41,733 bases of DNA, taken from NCBI GenBank assembly GCA_031278075.1, contig JAITLE010000170.1:1-41733 (forward strand). Reading direction: 5' to 3'. The DNA is from Bifidobacteriaceae bacterium (GTDB taxonomy: Bacteria > Actinomycetota > Actinomycetes > Actinomycetales > WQXJ01). A program made the translations under genes and the position numbers. Positions within the stretch are counted from its first letter, which is position 1, and each line of letters begins with the position of its first letter. Below, piece after piece: positions 21,156 to 30,844 of the stretch. A model generated the notes under the pieces. That model saw only the letters and a list, made by a program, of their open reading frames with translations. It had not been told where the DNA came from and did no database searches.

Positions 21156-22701
21156 CGCGAGCCGACGCCGCGAGCTCCTTGGCCGCGTACAGGTCGAAAC
21201 GTCCTGCGCTCGCGACTTTGACGAAGCCCCGGGCGTCCGCAGCCGCCTCTTCCCAATCAGATCCGCGCTCGACCCAGGCGGCGGCGGCCGTCTCCAGGCC
21301 GGCGGCCAGCAAACCGTCAACCGAATAGATCGGCATTCCCGCGCCCTCCGGCGCCGCCACTCCGGCGCTTCGCGCCAGATCCATCCCGTACGGGTCGACC
21401 CAGACCGGGCAGCCGGCGCGGATGTCGGCGTGGAGCGCGCCGGACAGGACCAGGCTCTGCGGGCGGTGGCTCCACACGCACGCGCCTTCCCACAGGCGCA
21501 GTTCCTCAAGCGCCTGGTGGGCGGTGGAGAACTGGTCGGGCACGGGCTCGCCCGCGAGCCGAGCCAGCGCGCACCAGCCCATGAACGGGGCCGCCGCCAA
21601 CGTGACGGCGCCGACCAGCGCGGTCGCCACGCGCCGTCGGCGACGCGCTGGGCGTCGGTCCCGCACCCAGCCCACCGCGTGCGCCGCGCCGAAGGCGATG
21701 GCGGGCGTCAGCCACACGAGGCTGTCATCCGACCTCACCGGATGGACCACCGCCTCACCCAATGCCGCGACTCCCCAGGCGAACCACATGACGATCGGCC
21801 TGTGATCGCCCCGCCGCCACGCCCGCCGCAGGATCTCGAACACGGCGACCGCGGCGCCCGCGACCACCACCGCCGTCAGCGCCTGCGGCACAAAGCCGAG
21901 CCCCGGCACGGTCACGTGCCACCGTTTCGGCCTGGCCGCCTGCGTCCAGAACACCATGCCCGCGAACGCGCCTGGCGCCCTCGCCGCGAACGGGAGCGTG
22001 GCCGCGAGCCAGATCGAGGCGGTCGCCCCGGCCGCCAGCCCGAACGCCTTGCGCCCCCGGCTGAGCAGGACGAACCCCAGGATCGCCACCGCGGGGCCGA
22101 TCGCGACGATCTTCACGGTCAACGCCCAGCCGACCAGCAGCCCGATGCCGACCGCCTGCGTCCGCGCCCGCCGCCTCGCCACCCCGGCGGGTCGCGAAGC
22201 CAACAGCCCCGCGGCGATCAACGCCGGGACGCACAGCGGCTCGAGCTGCAGTTGCCCATCGGTCAACACCTGCGGACACCAGAACGCGAACACGCCTCCT
22301 GCGACACACTGAGCAAGTCGGCCGCGGCCCCTGACCGCCCAGGTCACACCGACCGCAGCCAGGCAGCCGACCAGGTTGGCGATGACACGCCCGGTCAAGA
22401 CCGCGACCTCCGTGCCAGCCGCTCGGCCCAACCAAGCGATCGGCCAAAGCGCCCACACCATCCCGGGCGGGTGCGCCAAGGTGAAATCGACATACGGGAG
22501 CCGGCCCTCGAGCACCTCAGCGGCGGCCGCATAGTGCACCCATTCGTCGTAGGTCTGCGATCCGGTGAAGCGATCGCGGCTGAAGGCGAACGCGACGCGG
22601 ACCAAGGCCGCGCAGGCGAACACCGCCAAGTAGACCCACATGCCGCGCAGCCCGCGCAGGAACTCGGCGAGCCTCGCCGCGAGGCGCGTGTCAAGCGCCA
22701 C
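21118..22701 (-). CDS. Polytopic membrane protein, GT-C-fold glycosyl/mannosyltransferase-like, with a soluble C-terminal domain
   Basis: From GTG 22701 (ATG 22641 is an alternative) there are about 11 hydrophobic helices and a periplasmic-loop motif near the N-terminus (YDEWVHYAAAAEVLEGRLPYVDF). The upstream 262 aa of the track ORF overlap the kinase gene on the other strand and are junk. Confidence 0.65.
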   Translation of the reverse strand: MALDTRLAARLAEFLRGLRGMWVYLAVFACAALVRVAFAFSRDRFTGSQTYDEWVHYAAAAEVLEGRLPYVDFTLAHPPGMVWALWPIAWLGRAAGTEVAVLTGRVIANLVGCLAAVGVTWAVRGRGRLAQCVAGGVFAFWCPQVLTDGQLQLEPLCVPALIAAGLLASRPAGVARRRARTQAVGIGLLVGWALTVKIVAIGPAVAILGFVLLSRGRKAFGLAAGATASIWLAATLPFAARAPGAFAGMVFWTQAARPKRWHVTVPGLGFVPQALTAVVVAGAAVAVFEILRRAWRRGDHRPIVMWFAWGVAALGEAVVHPVRSDDSLVWLTPAIAFGAAHAVGWVRDRRPARRRRRVATALVGAVTLAAAPFMGWCALARLAGEPVPDQFSTAHQALEELRLWEGACVWSHRPQSLVLSGALHADIRAGCPVWVDPYGMDLARSAGVAAPEGAGMPIYSVDGLLAAGLETAAAAWVERGSDWEEAAADARGFVKVASAGRFDLYAAKELAASARARSDEPSAAHWP

Positions 22702-22878
22702 GGGGCTCGTTCTCAAGCCGCCCGCGGGCCAGCGCGCGGTCCCATCCCTCAGCCATCTCACAGATCGTAGCGGCTGCCCGCGGCAAGCCCGCGGCTGTGC
22801 GACCCGGGGAGGCGCCGACCGCGCCAACTTGGCCAAACGGCTCAGGCGCCCCGGCCGGCGGCGTCTTAACATGGCTAG

Positions 22879-24075
22879 ATGAGCGCCGACGCCGCCTCTC
22901 GGATGGGAGTGTTGGTGCGGATGTGTGAGGCGCTCAACTCCTCGGATGAGCGTTGGGAAGGTTTCGCGGAAGCGGTCCGCATCTTGCGGCGCGCCATGGG
23001 CGCCAAATGGGCGCCAAGCTTCCTGCTGGATGATTCTGGGGCGCGCGCGGTGCTGGTGACGGATCCCGACCAACGCGAGGTGATCGGAGAACGCTGGCCC
23101 TGGATCCCGGCGCGCGTCCACGTCCGCGACCCTTGGATCGACCCGGCAGGCCGGCCCGTGGCGGTGGCGGACAACCTGGACTCCGATGGTTGGCGCGTCG
23201 TGCCCGCCGAATTCAAGACCTGGTTCGACACGACCGGGGTGGTGGTCGCCGCCCACGCCCAAGGGCGCCACCTGGGCGCTGTGCTGATGACCTTCGGCGA
23301 GGAGATCCGGATCGACCCGGAGATGGGCGAGTTCTTGACCGCCGCCGGGCACATCCTCGGCCGTGCCGTCCACTCCGGGATCGTGGCGCGGCGCCAACAA
23401 GAACTCGGCGCGTTGAAGGAGCGGCGGGAGATGGCGGACGAGTTGCACGTGGACCTGGCCCAGCAAGTCGCGGCCCTCGGGTTGCACGCGGAGGCGGCCA
23501 ACCTGGATCTGGCTGAGGGCAACTCAGCGGCCCTGGCGGCGGACGTCCGCGCCGTGGGCGACATGGTCGCCACATTGAAGGTGGCGCTGCGGCACCAGAT
23601 GATGGGCCTGCGGGCGGAGGCCGCCGCCGCAGACGAAGGCTGTCTGGCCGGGATCGAGGCGCAAGCGGAGGCCTTCCGGCGCGTCGCGCCGGTCGCCCTG
23701 CATGTCGAATGCGCTGATCCGGAGCGCGCCCGGGATGTGCCCGCCGGTGTCAGCGCCCAGCTGATGCGCGTCCTCCAGGAGGCGCTGTCCAACGCCTGGA
23801 TCCATTCAGCGGCGGCCAACGTCCGCATCCGGCTGACGGCCGGGGACCGCCGCGCCCGCCTCGAGATCGAGGACGACGGCCGCGGCTTCGACCTGGCCAC
23901 GGTGCCAGACACTCGGCTGGGCACGGTCATCATGCGCGAGCGGATGGCCGCGGTCGGCGGGAACTTGGCCATCCATTCGGCGCCGGGACGCGGCACGCTG
24001 GTGGTGGCGGAGGCGCCGCTCCGCGTGACCGAGGGCTGGATCGCCTTGACGGAGCGGATCGGCATATTCGCGTGA
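22879..24075 (+). CDS. Cytoplasmic GAF-domain sensor histidine kinase (HisKA_3/NarX type)
   Basis: It has no TM segments. The N-terminal roughly 170 aa are GAF-like, the H-box is ADELHVDLAQQV, and the ATPase motifs are LQEALSNAWIHS, DDGRGFD and GRGTLV. Confidence 0.85.
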   Translation: MSADAASRMGVLVRMCEALNSSDERWEGFAEAVRILRRAMGAKWAPSFLLDDSGARAVLVTDPDQREVIGERWPWIPARVHVRDPWIDPAGRPVAVADNLDSDGWRVVPAEFKTWFDTTGVVVAAHAQGRHLGAVLMTFGEEIRIDPEMGEFLTAAGHILGRAVHSGIVARRQQELGALKERREMADELHVDLAQQVAALGLHAEAANLDLAEGNSAALAADVRAVGDMVATLKVALRHQMMGLRAEAAAADEGCLAGIEAQAEAFRRVAPVALHVECADPERARDVPAGVSAQLMRVLQEALSNAWIHSAAANVRIRLTAGDRRARLEIEDDGRGFDLATVPDTRLGTVIMRERMAAVGGNLAIHSAPGRGTLVVAEAPLRVTEGWIALTERIGIFA

Positions 24076-24797
24076 GACCGCCAGCAGCGACAAGAACGCC
24101 TCCCAAAGCGGCCGAAGGCGACCGCGGCGGGACGCGGCGGCCGACTCGCGTCCTGATCGTGGACGACCACCAGCTGTTCCGTGAGGGGCTGGCCGCCTTG
24201 ATGGCTCGTTGGCCAGAGTTCGTGGTCGTGGGCCAGGCCGCCGACGGGCGCGCGGCGGTCGAAGTGGCCCGCGAGCTGAGACCGGATCTCGTGCTGATGG
24301 ACGTCCGGATGCGTGGCCCAGGCGGCGTCGACGGGTTGGAGGCGACCCGCGCGGTCACCTCAGCCGACCCGGGCTGTCGGGTGGTGATGTTGACGATGTC
24401 AGCGTTGGGCGACGACGTCTTCCAAGCTCTCGCCAACGGCGCCCACGGCTATTTGTCCAAGGACGAACCCCCGCAACGTCTGCGCGCTTTCCTCGAAGCT
24501 GTGATGCGTGGCGAGGCGGCCCTGTCAGGGCCGATAGCGGCCAAAGTGTTGGCGTCCTTCGGACACTCCCCGACGCAGGGCGGGCCAGCCAGCCTGCCTG
24601 GCGAGTCGCTCACCCGGCGGGAACGGGACGTGCTCCGCCTCCTGGTGGACGGGCTGTCAAACGAGGAGATCGCCGAGCAACTGTTCATCACAGAGGCGAC
24701 GGTCAAGAAACACATCGGCCGTGTCATGGCCAAATGGCGGATGAAGAACCGCGTCCAGGTGGCCGTCTACTCGGTGCGCCAGGGCCTCGTCAACTGA
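24072..24797 (+). CDS. LuxR/NarL-family response regulator
   Basis: There is a GTGA overlap with the kinase gene. The receiver is VLIVDDHQLFREG...LVLMDVRM, and the HTH is LTRRERDVLRLLVDGLSNEEIAEQLFITEATVKKHI. Confidence 0.9.
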   Translation: MRPPAATRTPPKAAEGDRGGTRRPTRVLIVDDHQLFREGLAALMARWPEFVVVGQAADGRAAVEVARELRPDLVLMDVRMRGPGGVDGLEATRAVTSADPGCRVVMLTMSALGDDVFQALANGAHGYLSKDEPPQRLRAFLEAVMRGEAALSGPIAAKVLASFGHSPTQGGPASLPGESLTRRERDVLRLLVDGLSNEEIAEQLFITEATVKKHIGRVMAKWRMKNRVQVAVYSVRQGLVN

Positions 24798-24976
24798 GCT
24801 GGCGGCCCGCGCGGCTGGGTGACCGGACGGCATCGTGCACCCGGTGAGGGGCATACGAAAGTCGACCATGACGCCTATACGTTCGGCCCTTGGAAGTCCC
24901 GGAGAAGGCGGTCCAAACTGGGGCGAAACACCTGTGGGCGACAAGGTTGTCGCCTTCGCACACCCGGGAGGCAGCA

Positions 24977-25729
24977 ATGGCTGGCAGATTTGACGGAAAA
25001 ACCGTGTTGATAATTGGCGCGGCGACAGGCATCGGCAAGGCGGCGGCGCTGGCGTTCGCGCGAGAGGGCGCGAACTTGGTGCTCAGCGCCTACCGCACAC
25101 CGCCGGACGTGGTCGATGAGATCACCGCGGCTGGGGGCGTCGCCAGCGCGGTCAAGATGGATGTGAGCGACGAGGCGTCGGTCAAGAACGCGATCGCCAC
25201 CGTGGTGGAACGCCACGGCCGGCTCGACGTCGCCTTCAACAACGCCGGCTCGTTGCCGATGACGAAGCCGCTGGCGGACTTCACCGCGGAAGAATTCCAG
25301 CACACTCTGCGAGTGGACCTGATCGGGACGTTCCTGGCCATGAAGTATGAGATCCAGCAGATGCTGAAGGACGGCGGCGGCTCGATCATCAACACCGGAT
25401 CGGTCGTCTCTGTGGTGGCGGATCCGGGCATGGCGCCGTACGTCGCCGCCAAACACGGCGTGCTCGGCTTGAGCCGCGCCGCCGCCCTCGAATACGCCGA
25501 GCGGGGGATCCGCGTCAACACCCTGGCGCCAGGTCTGATCGAGACGCCGATGACGGCCCGCTGGCTCGCGGACCCCGCCTTCCGTGCCGTTGTGACCGGC
25601 CAGAACGCCGTGCGCCGCGTGGGCCGTCCGGAAGAGATCGCGGGAATCGTGCTGTACCTGGCCTCCGACGATGCCTCGTTCGCGACCGGGGGCGTGTTCG
25701 TGGTCGACGGCGGGCAGACGGCCCATTGA
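24977..25729 (+). CDS. SDR-family oxidoreductase
   Basis: ATG at 24977 follows GGGAGG. TGxxxGIG appears as GAATGIGKA, with NNAG and the catalytic YVAAK. Confidence 0.9.
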   Translation: MAGRFDGKTVLIIGAATGIGKAAALAFAREGANLVLSAYRTPPDVVDEITAAGGVASAVKMDVSDEASVKNAIATVVERHGRLDVAFNNAGSLPMTKPLADFTAEEFQHTLRVDLIGTFLAMKYEIQQMLKDGGGSIINTGSVVSVVADPGMAPYVAAKHGVLGLSRAAALEYAERGIRVNTLAPGLIETPMTARWLADPAFRAVVTGQNAVRRVGRPEEIAGIVLYLASDDASFATGGVFVVDGGQTAH

Positions 25730-25745
25730 GCGGCGGGCGCGGCCA

Positions 25746-26474
25746 GTGAGGACAATCGTCGTCTACAAGTGGGCGCGCGCCGCCGCCAGCGCCGTCGTCC
25801 GCCAGGGTGGGCAGGTCGATTGGGGTGGCGCCAGGCTCGCCGCCGGCGAGGACGATCCGGCCGCGTTGGCTGTGGCGCAGGCGTTGGCCACGCAGAGCGG
25901 CGATGTGGCTGGCCTGACGATCGGCGACGGCGAGACCGCGTGGGCTTTGGCCAGGGGCGCCGACGCCGCCCATGCCGTCCCCGCCCTCGGCCCGTTGACG
26001 GACAACGCGGCCACCGCGAAGGCCCTGGCCAGCGCGGTGCGGCAGATCGCGGCGAGCCAAGCGGTCGATGTGGTGGTGATCGGCGACGCGACGGCTGACC
26101 CGGGCGTGGCCGCGGCGCTCGCGGCCGAACTGGGTTGGCCGGCGTTGCTCGGCGTGACCTCGGCGGCGCCGGCGGGTGACCGTGTCACGGCTGCTCGTCG
26201 GGTCGGCAACGCGATCGAGACGGTGTCGCTGCCGACGCCGGCCGTGCTCGCGGTGGCGGCCGTCGGCGAGGAGGCCCGCGCCCCGGGGATGATGGAGCTG
26301 ATCAAAGCGCGCAAGAAGCCGGTGGCGCAGCTGACGGTCGAAGCCCCGGCGGAAGGCGTCTCGCAGCGGGCCACCCGCCTGCCCGCCGCGGCCGGCGCGC
26401 GGTTGTTCGAGGGTGACGCCGACACCGCCGCCCAGGCTTTGGTCGCGGCGCTGAGAGGGGATGGTTTGCTGTGA
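25746..26474 (+). CDS. fixA: Electron transfer flavoprotein beta-subunit-like protein (FixA-like)
   Basis: GTG at 25746 is codon 26 of the track ORF. The N-terminus is VRTIVVYKWA..., the length is about 242 aa, and a GTGA overlap couples it to the following ETF-alpha gene. It is divergent from canonical EtfB, so the assignment rests partly on context. Confidence 0.7.
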   Translation: MRTIVVYKWARAAASAVVRQGGQVDWGGARLAAGEDDPAALAVAQALATQSGDVAGLTIGDGETAWALARGADAAHAVPALGPLTDNAATAKALASAVRQIAASQAVDVVVIGDATADPGVAAALAAELGWPALLGVTSAAPAGDRVTAARRVGNAIETVSLPTPAVLAVAAVGEEARAPGMMELIKARKKPVAQLTVEAPAEGVSQRATRLPAAAGARLFEGDADTAAQALVAALRGDGLL

Positions 26475-27436
26475 GCGTCTGGGTGTTGGCGACCGACCCC
26501 GATCAGTTGGAGCCGCTGGTGGCGGCCGGGCGTCAGGCCGGCGTCGAAGTGGCCGTGGTGGCGGTTGGGTCCCGGGAGTTGGCTGAGGCGGCGGCGGTCA
26601 GCGGCGCGGACCAGGTGCGTTGGATCCAGACGCACGATGCCGTGCCGCCCGAGGCGTACGCGCCTCAAGTCGCGGCGTTGGCGCGCGGGGCTGGCGCCGG
26701 GGCGCGAGTCTGGCTCGCGGGGAACGCGCCCGCCGCCAGGGCGTTGCTTGGCGCCGCGGCGGTCGCGGCCGGGGCCGCCTTGGTGGGCGGGGGCTTGTCC
26801 CTGGCGTTCGAGGGCGGTGTGGTGGTGCTCGACCGCGTGATCTTGGCGGGCGCCGTGATCGAGACCTTGGAAGCGGCCGGGAAGCTGGCGGTGATCTGGG
26901 AGTCGAGTGGCGCGGGCGACGCGGTGGGCGGCGCGGTGGGAGGCGCGGTGGGCGTGCCGATCGAGGAGGTCTTGGCCGCCGCCGCGCCCGGCGCTGGCGC
27001 CGGCGGGCCGGCGCCGTGGGACATGCGGCGCGAGGCGACCCAGGTGGCGGCGACCGCGGCCGGCCTCGCGGACGCTCCCCGGGTGGTCGGTGTGGGCCGG
27101 GGCCTCAGATCCCGCGCCGATCTGGTGGTCGTGGAAGAACTGGCGCGGGCTCTCGGCGCGGAGATCGCGTGCTCCATGCCGTTGGCGGATGACCTCCATT
27201 GGTTCCCGGAGGAACGCTACATCGGCCGGTCGGGCCAAAAGATCGCGCCCCGCGTGTACCTGGCTCTCGGGATCGCCGGTGAGCCACAGCACATGGAGGG
27301 CGTGCGGAACGCGAAAGTGGTGGCGGCGGTCAACAACGACCCGGGCGCGACTGTGTTCCGTCACGCCACGTACGGCATCGTCGGCGATCTCTATGAAGTC
27401 GCGCCCGCGCTGACGCGGGCGCTCGAACACAACTGA
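26471..27436 (+). CDS. fixB: Electron transfer flavoprotein alpha subunit (FixB-like)
   Basis: The C-terminal FAD-binding region is VVGVGRGL...ELARALGAEIACSMPLADD..W.P.ERYIGRSGQKIAPRVYLALGIAGEPQHMEGV...VVAVNNDP. Confidence 0.85.
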   Translation: MSVWVLATDPDQLEPLVAAGRQAGVEVAVVAVGSRELAEAAAVSGADQVRWIQTHDAVPPEAYAPQVAALARGAGAGARVWLAGNAPAARALLGAAAVAAGAALVGGGLSLAFEGGVVVLDRVILAGAVIETLEAAGKLAVIWESSGAGDAVGGAVGGAVGVPIEEVLAAAAPGAGAGGPAPWDMRREATQVAATAAGLADAPRVVGVGRGLRSRADLVVVEELARALGAEIACSMPLADDLHWFPEERYIGRSGQKIAPRVYLALGIAGEPQHMEGVRNAKVVAAVNNDPGATVFRHATYGIVGDLYEVAPALTRALEHN

Positions 27437-27457
27437 CAACGCAAGGAGAAGCGAACT

Positions 27458-28939
27458 ATGGCAACATTCGACGTTGAATACGACCTGGTGGTGGTCGGGG
27501 GCGGAGGCTCCGGCAAGATGGCGGCCTACATTGGCGCCAAAGAAGGGGGCCTCGCGACCGCTCTGCTGGAGAAGGCCCCCGAGACGGGCGGCAGCTCGGT
27601 TTTCGCGGAGGGTCAGGCCGCATTCGAGTCCAGCGAGCAGCTGGCGCGCAAGACGCCGCCGACCCCCGGGATGCACTATCCCTCGCGCGCCGAGGGCTAC
27701 AAGCGTTACATCGACTACAGCCACAAGCGGGCCAACCCGGATGTGGTCCGGATGCAGGTCACCCACACCGCCGAGACCATCGACATCATGAAGTCGCTCG
27801 GGATCGTCTACACGGACGTCACGATCTACGCCTATGAGCAGCCGACCGAGCTGAACTCGTTCCACCGGCCGGACGGCCTCGGGGCCCACATGCAGGAGGT
27901 GCTGCTGCAGGCCACCGTCGACGCGGGCGTGGACATTTTCACTTCGACTCCGGCGAAGCAGTTGATCGTCGAAGACGGCAAGGTGGTCGGCGTGATCGCG
28001 GAGGACGCGGACGGCAAGACCATCCGGATCGGCGCCAAGGCGGTCGTCTTGGCGGGCGGCGGCTTCGGCGGCAACCTCGACATGGTGCGGGCGCATTCAC
28101 GCTTCGCGCGCAACGCGGACGCCTTGATCTACATGGGGCCGGAGCCGAACACCGGCGACACCATCAACATGGCCCTGGCGATCGGCGCCGACACGTGGGA
28201 GATGCAACCGCTCATGCTGGTGCCAGTGGCCAAGGACAAGAGCTTGGTGGCGCACATCAACGGCGGCGGCTCCCAGCCGGTGCTGTGGGTCAACAAGACG
28301 GGCCAGCGTTACTACGACGAGCACGTCGCCCTGAGCTTCGCGGACGCGGCCAACGTCATCGCCATCCAGCCGGGCGGCGCCTCCTACTCGATCATGGACC
28401 AGGCGACGGTTCAGCACCTGATCGACGACGGCAGCGACATCGGCCTGGGGGACTTCGTCAAGTACCACCTGCCGCTGACTGGTCTGCAAACCGAGTTGGA
28501 CGAGGCCGTCGCGGAAGGCGACATGGCTTGGAAGGCCGACTCGATCCCGGAGCTGGCCGAGGCGATCGGCTTGGATCCCGAGGTCTTCACGGCCACTGTG
28601 GCCCTCTACAACGAGTTCGCCGAGGACGGCGACGACCCGCTGTTCTACAAAGACGCGAAGTATCTGCGGCCCGTCAAGACGGCGCCGTTCTACGCCATCG
28701 AGATGCGGGCCGCCATCCTGGTCTCGGTGGGGGCGCTGCGCGTCAACGGCGATCTGCAGGTGATCGGCGTCGACGCCAAGCCGATCGAGGGCCTGTACGC
28801 CGTCGGCATGGACGCGGGCGGGCTGTTCGGCGACACCTACAACCTGGACGTGCCTGGCACCGCCAACGGCTTCGCGCACGCCAGCGGCCGGGTCGCGGCT
28901 CGTCACGCCATCGGGGCGATCAAAGCGGCGGCCGTCTGA
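27458..28939 (+). CDS. FAD-binding flavoprotein of the fumarate-reductase / 3-ketosteroid-dehydrogenase (FAD_binding_2) type
   Basis: AAGGAGA SD is present. The N-terminus is YDLVVVGGGGSGKMAA...LEKAPETGGSS and the C-terminus is GLYAVGMDAGGLFG. There is no signal peptide or TM segment. Confidence 0.85.
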   Translation: MATFDVEYDLVVVGGGGSGKMAAYIGAKEGGLATALLEKAPETGGSSVFAEGQAAFESSEQLARKTPPTPGMHYPSRAEGYKRYIDYSHKRANPDVVRMQVTHTAETIDIMKSLGIVYTDVTIYAYEQPTELNSFHRPDGLGAHMQEVLLQATVDAGVDIFTSTPAKQLIVEDGKVVGVIAEDADGKTIRIGAKAVVLAGGGFGGNLDMVRAHSRFARNADALIYMGPEPNTGDTINMALAIGADTWEMQPLMLVPVAKDKSLVAHINGGGSQPVLWVNKTGQRYYDEHVALSFADAANVIAIQPGGASYSIMDQATVQHLIDDGSDIGLGDFVKYHLPLTGLQTELDEAVAEGDMAWKADSIPELAEAIGLDPEVFTATVALYNEFAEDGDDPLFYKDAKYLRPVKTAPFYAIEMRAAILVSVGALRVNGDLQVIGVDAKPIEGLYAVGMDAGGLFGDTYNLDVPGTANGFAHASGRVAARHAIGAIKAAAV

Positions 28940-28982
28940 GCTGCTGGGCGAACTCGGACCGGGACTAGGCGGGGCCGCGGGC

Positions 28983-30293
28983 GTGGATGTCGACTTCGAC
29001 GTGATCGTGGTCGGCGCGGGCGTGGCCGGCTGTGTGGCAGCCCACCAGCTGGCCACGGCCGGGCGCTCTGTTCTGTTGGTGGAACGGGGCGCCCAGGTCG
29101 GCGACAAGGCGCTGTCTGGCGGGGTGCTCTACTGCCGGGTGATGGAGCAGATCTTCCCGGGATTCCTGGAGCGGGCGCCGGTGGAGCGCGCCATCACCCG
29201 CAACTGTTTGAGCTTCATGAACTCGGACAGCTTCGTCAACATCGACTACGCCGACGACCGCCTGGGCGCCCCGGTCAACGCGGTCTCGGTGCTGCGCGCC
29301 AAACTCGACGCTTGGCTGGGCGAACAGTGCGAGGCGGCCGGCGCCATGGTGATGCCCGGCGTGTTGGTGGACCGGCTGTTGCTGGAGGGCGGCAGGGTCC
29401 TCGGTGTGGGGGCCGGCGAGGACGAGTTGCGCTGTCACGTGGTCGTGGCCGCCGATGGCGTCAACTCGTTCGTCGCCCGCGACGCGGGCCTGCGTGACCC
29501 GGATCCACCCCGCCACCTGGCGCTCGGCGTGAAGTCTGTGATCGCCCTGGACCGCTCGACAATTGAGGCGCGGTTCAACCTGCCGGCGGCCGGCGGCGCG
29601 GGCGGCCTGGCCGAGGGCGCCGCCTACGCCGTAGTCGGCGACTGCACCAAAGGTGTCGGCGGCGGGGGTTTCATGTACACCAATTTGGAGTCGGTCTCGA
29701 TTGGGTTGGTGCTGCGTTTGGACGATCTGGCGCGCAGCGGCGAGACCGCATCTGATCTGCATGACCGCTTCTTGGACCACCGCCGTGTGGCGCCGTTCCT
29801 CGAAGGCGGCGAGCTGTTGGAATACGGCGCGCACCTGGTCGCGGAGGGCGGCGCCGCGATGGTCCGCGGCTTGGTGGCGCCGGGTCTGGTGCTGGTCGGG
29901 GAGGCCGCCGGCCTAGCGCTCAACACAGGGTTGACGGTGCGCGGCATGGATCTGGCGGCGGGCTCGGCGCTCGCGGCCGCCAAGTGCGTCGACGCCGCAT
30001 TGGCTGCGGGAGACTGCTCGGCGGCTGGTCTCGCCTCCTATGAGGCCGCCCTGCGGGCCAGCTTCGTCGGACGCGACATCGAGACCTACCGGCGGGCGCC
30101 GGCGTTCTTGGAGGGCACGCGGATGTTCAACGATTACGGCCCGCTGCTGGCAGATGTCTTCCACGGTGTCTACAACCTGGATTTGTCCCCGCGGCGGCGG
30201 CTGGTCAAGACGGCCCGCGCCGCGGTGAAGGCGTCGCCGGTCAGATTGGTGGACTTGGCGCGCGACGCCTGGGCGGCGATGAGGGCGTTGTGA
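28983..30293 (+). CDS. fixC: FixC-type FAD-dependent oxidoreductase (ETF-quinone oxidoreductase-like)
   Basis: FDVIVVGAGVAGCVAA...LLVERG...GDKALSGGVLY...VVAADGVNSF is a typical FixC pattern. Confidence 0.85.
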   Translation: MDVDFDVIVVGAGVAGCVAAHQLATAGRSVLLVERGAQVGDKALSGGVLYCRVMEQIFPGFLERAPVERAITRNCLSFMNSDSFVNIDYADDRLGAPVNAVSVLRAKLDAWLGEQCEAAGAMVMPGVLVDRLLLEGGRVLGVGAGEDELRCHVVVAADGVNSFVARDAGLRDPDPPRHLALGVKSVIALDRSTIEARFNLPAAGGAGGLAEGAAYAVVGDCTKGVGGGGFMYTNLESVSIGLVLRLDDLARSGETASDLHDRFLDHRRVAPFLEGGELLEYGAHLVAEGGAAMVRGLVAPGLVLVGEAAGLALNTGLTVRGMDLAAGSALAAAKCVDAALAAGDCSAAGLASYEAALRASFVGRDIETYRRAPAFLEGTRMFNDYGPLLADVFHGVYNLDLSPRRRLVKTARAAVKASPVRLVDLARDAWAAMRAL

Positions 30294-30297
30294 TCAC

Positions 30298-30582
30298 ATG
30301 AGACTTGGCAGCATCCCGGAGCGTTTGTCCCGCGACCGCCACAACCTTGGCGCCGCATCACACATCGAGGTGGACCAGGCCGCTGCGCGGCGGTTGGGCG
30401 CAGGCCCCCTGCTCGAGCGCATTTGCCCGGCCCACGTCTACACCCAGGGCCCGGACGGCGCCATCCGGATCAACTGGGCGGCCTGCCTCGAATGCGGGAC
30501 ATGCCTGGCGTTGGCGCCACCGGGTGTCTTGACCTGGCGCTATCCGGCTGGCGGCGCCGGCATCGCCTACCGCCACGGCTGA
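30298..30582 (+). CDS. fixX: FixX ferredoxin-like protein
   Basis: 94 aa with CPAHVY...CLECGTC. It starts 4 nt after the fixC stop. Confidence 0.85.
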   Translation: MRLGSIPERLSRDRHNLGAASHIEVDQAAARRLGAGPLLERICPAHVYTQGPDGAIRINWAACLECGTCLALAPPGVLTWRYPAGGAGIAYRHG

Positions 30583-30620
30583 GCGCGGACGCCAGCCCCG
30601 AGGCCCGCCCGTCCCAGCCG

Positions 30621-30844
30621 ACGGCTGGAGCGGCGACGGTTTGTCCAAGTATTTTGGGGCGAGCGTGCCGGAGGGCGCGACTTCGGTGACGGAGCAAGAC
30701 GCGAGCATGGAGATCATGAAGGCCTTCGGCGAGATGGCGCAACGACCGGGCTACGATCCCGCGCAGAACCATGCCTTTGAGTGCCTTGACATTCACCGGC
30801 TGCTTTGGCCGGAGGAGACACCCTTGGAGCCTTACCCCTCCTAG
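30621..30844 (+). pseudogene. Truncated duplicate of the 3' part of the downstream lipoprotein gene, carrying an in-frame 162-bp deletion
   Basis: nt 30621-30710 equal 31353-31442, and 30711-30818 equal 31605-31712. The segment missing from this copy (31443-31604) is bracketed by the 8-nt microhomology GAGCATGG. This copy has no 5' half or signal peptide. Confidence 0.75.

Noticed and set aside
25763-28096. A 777-aa minus-strand ORF spanning fixA, fixB and the flavoprotein gene
   Set aside because: It crosses three well-supported plus-strand genes and their junctions, and its composition is low-complexity Arg/Ala/Gly/Pro. It is an antisense artefact.
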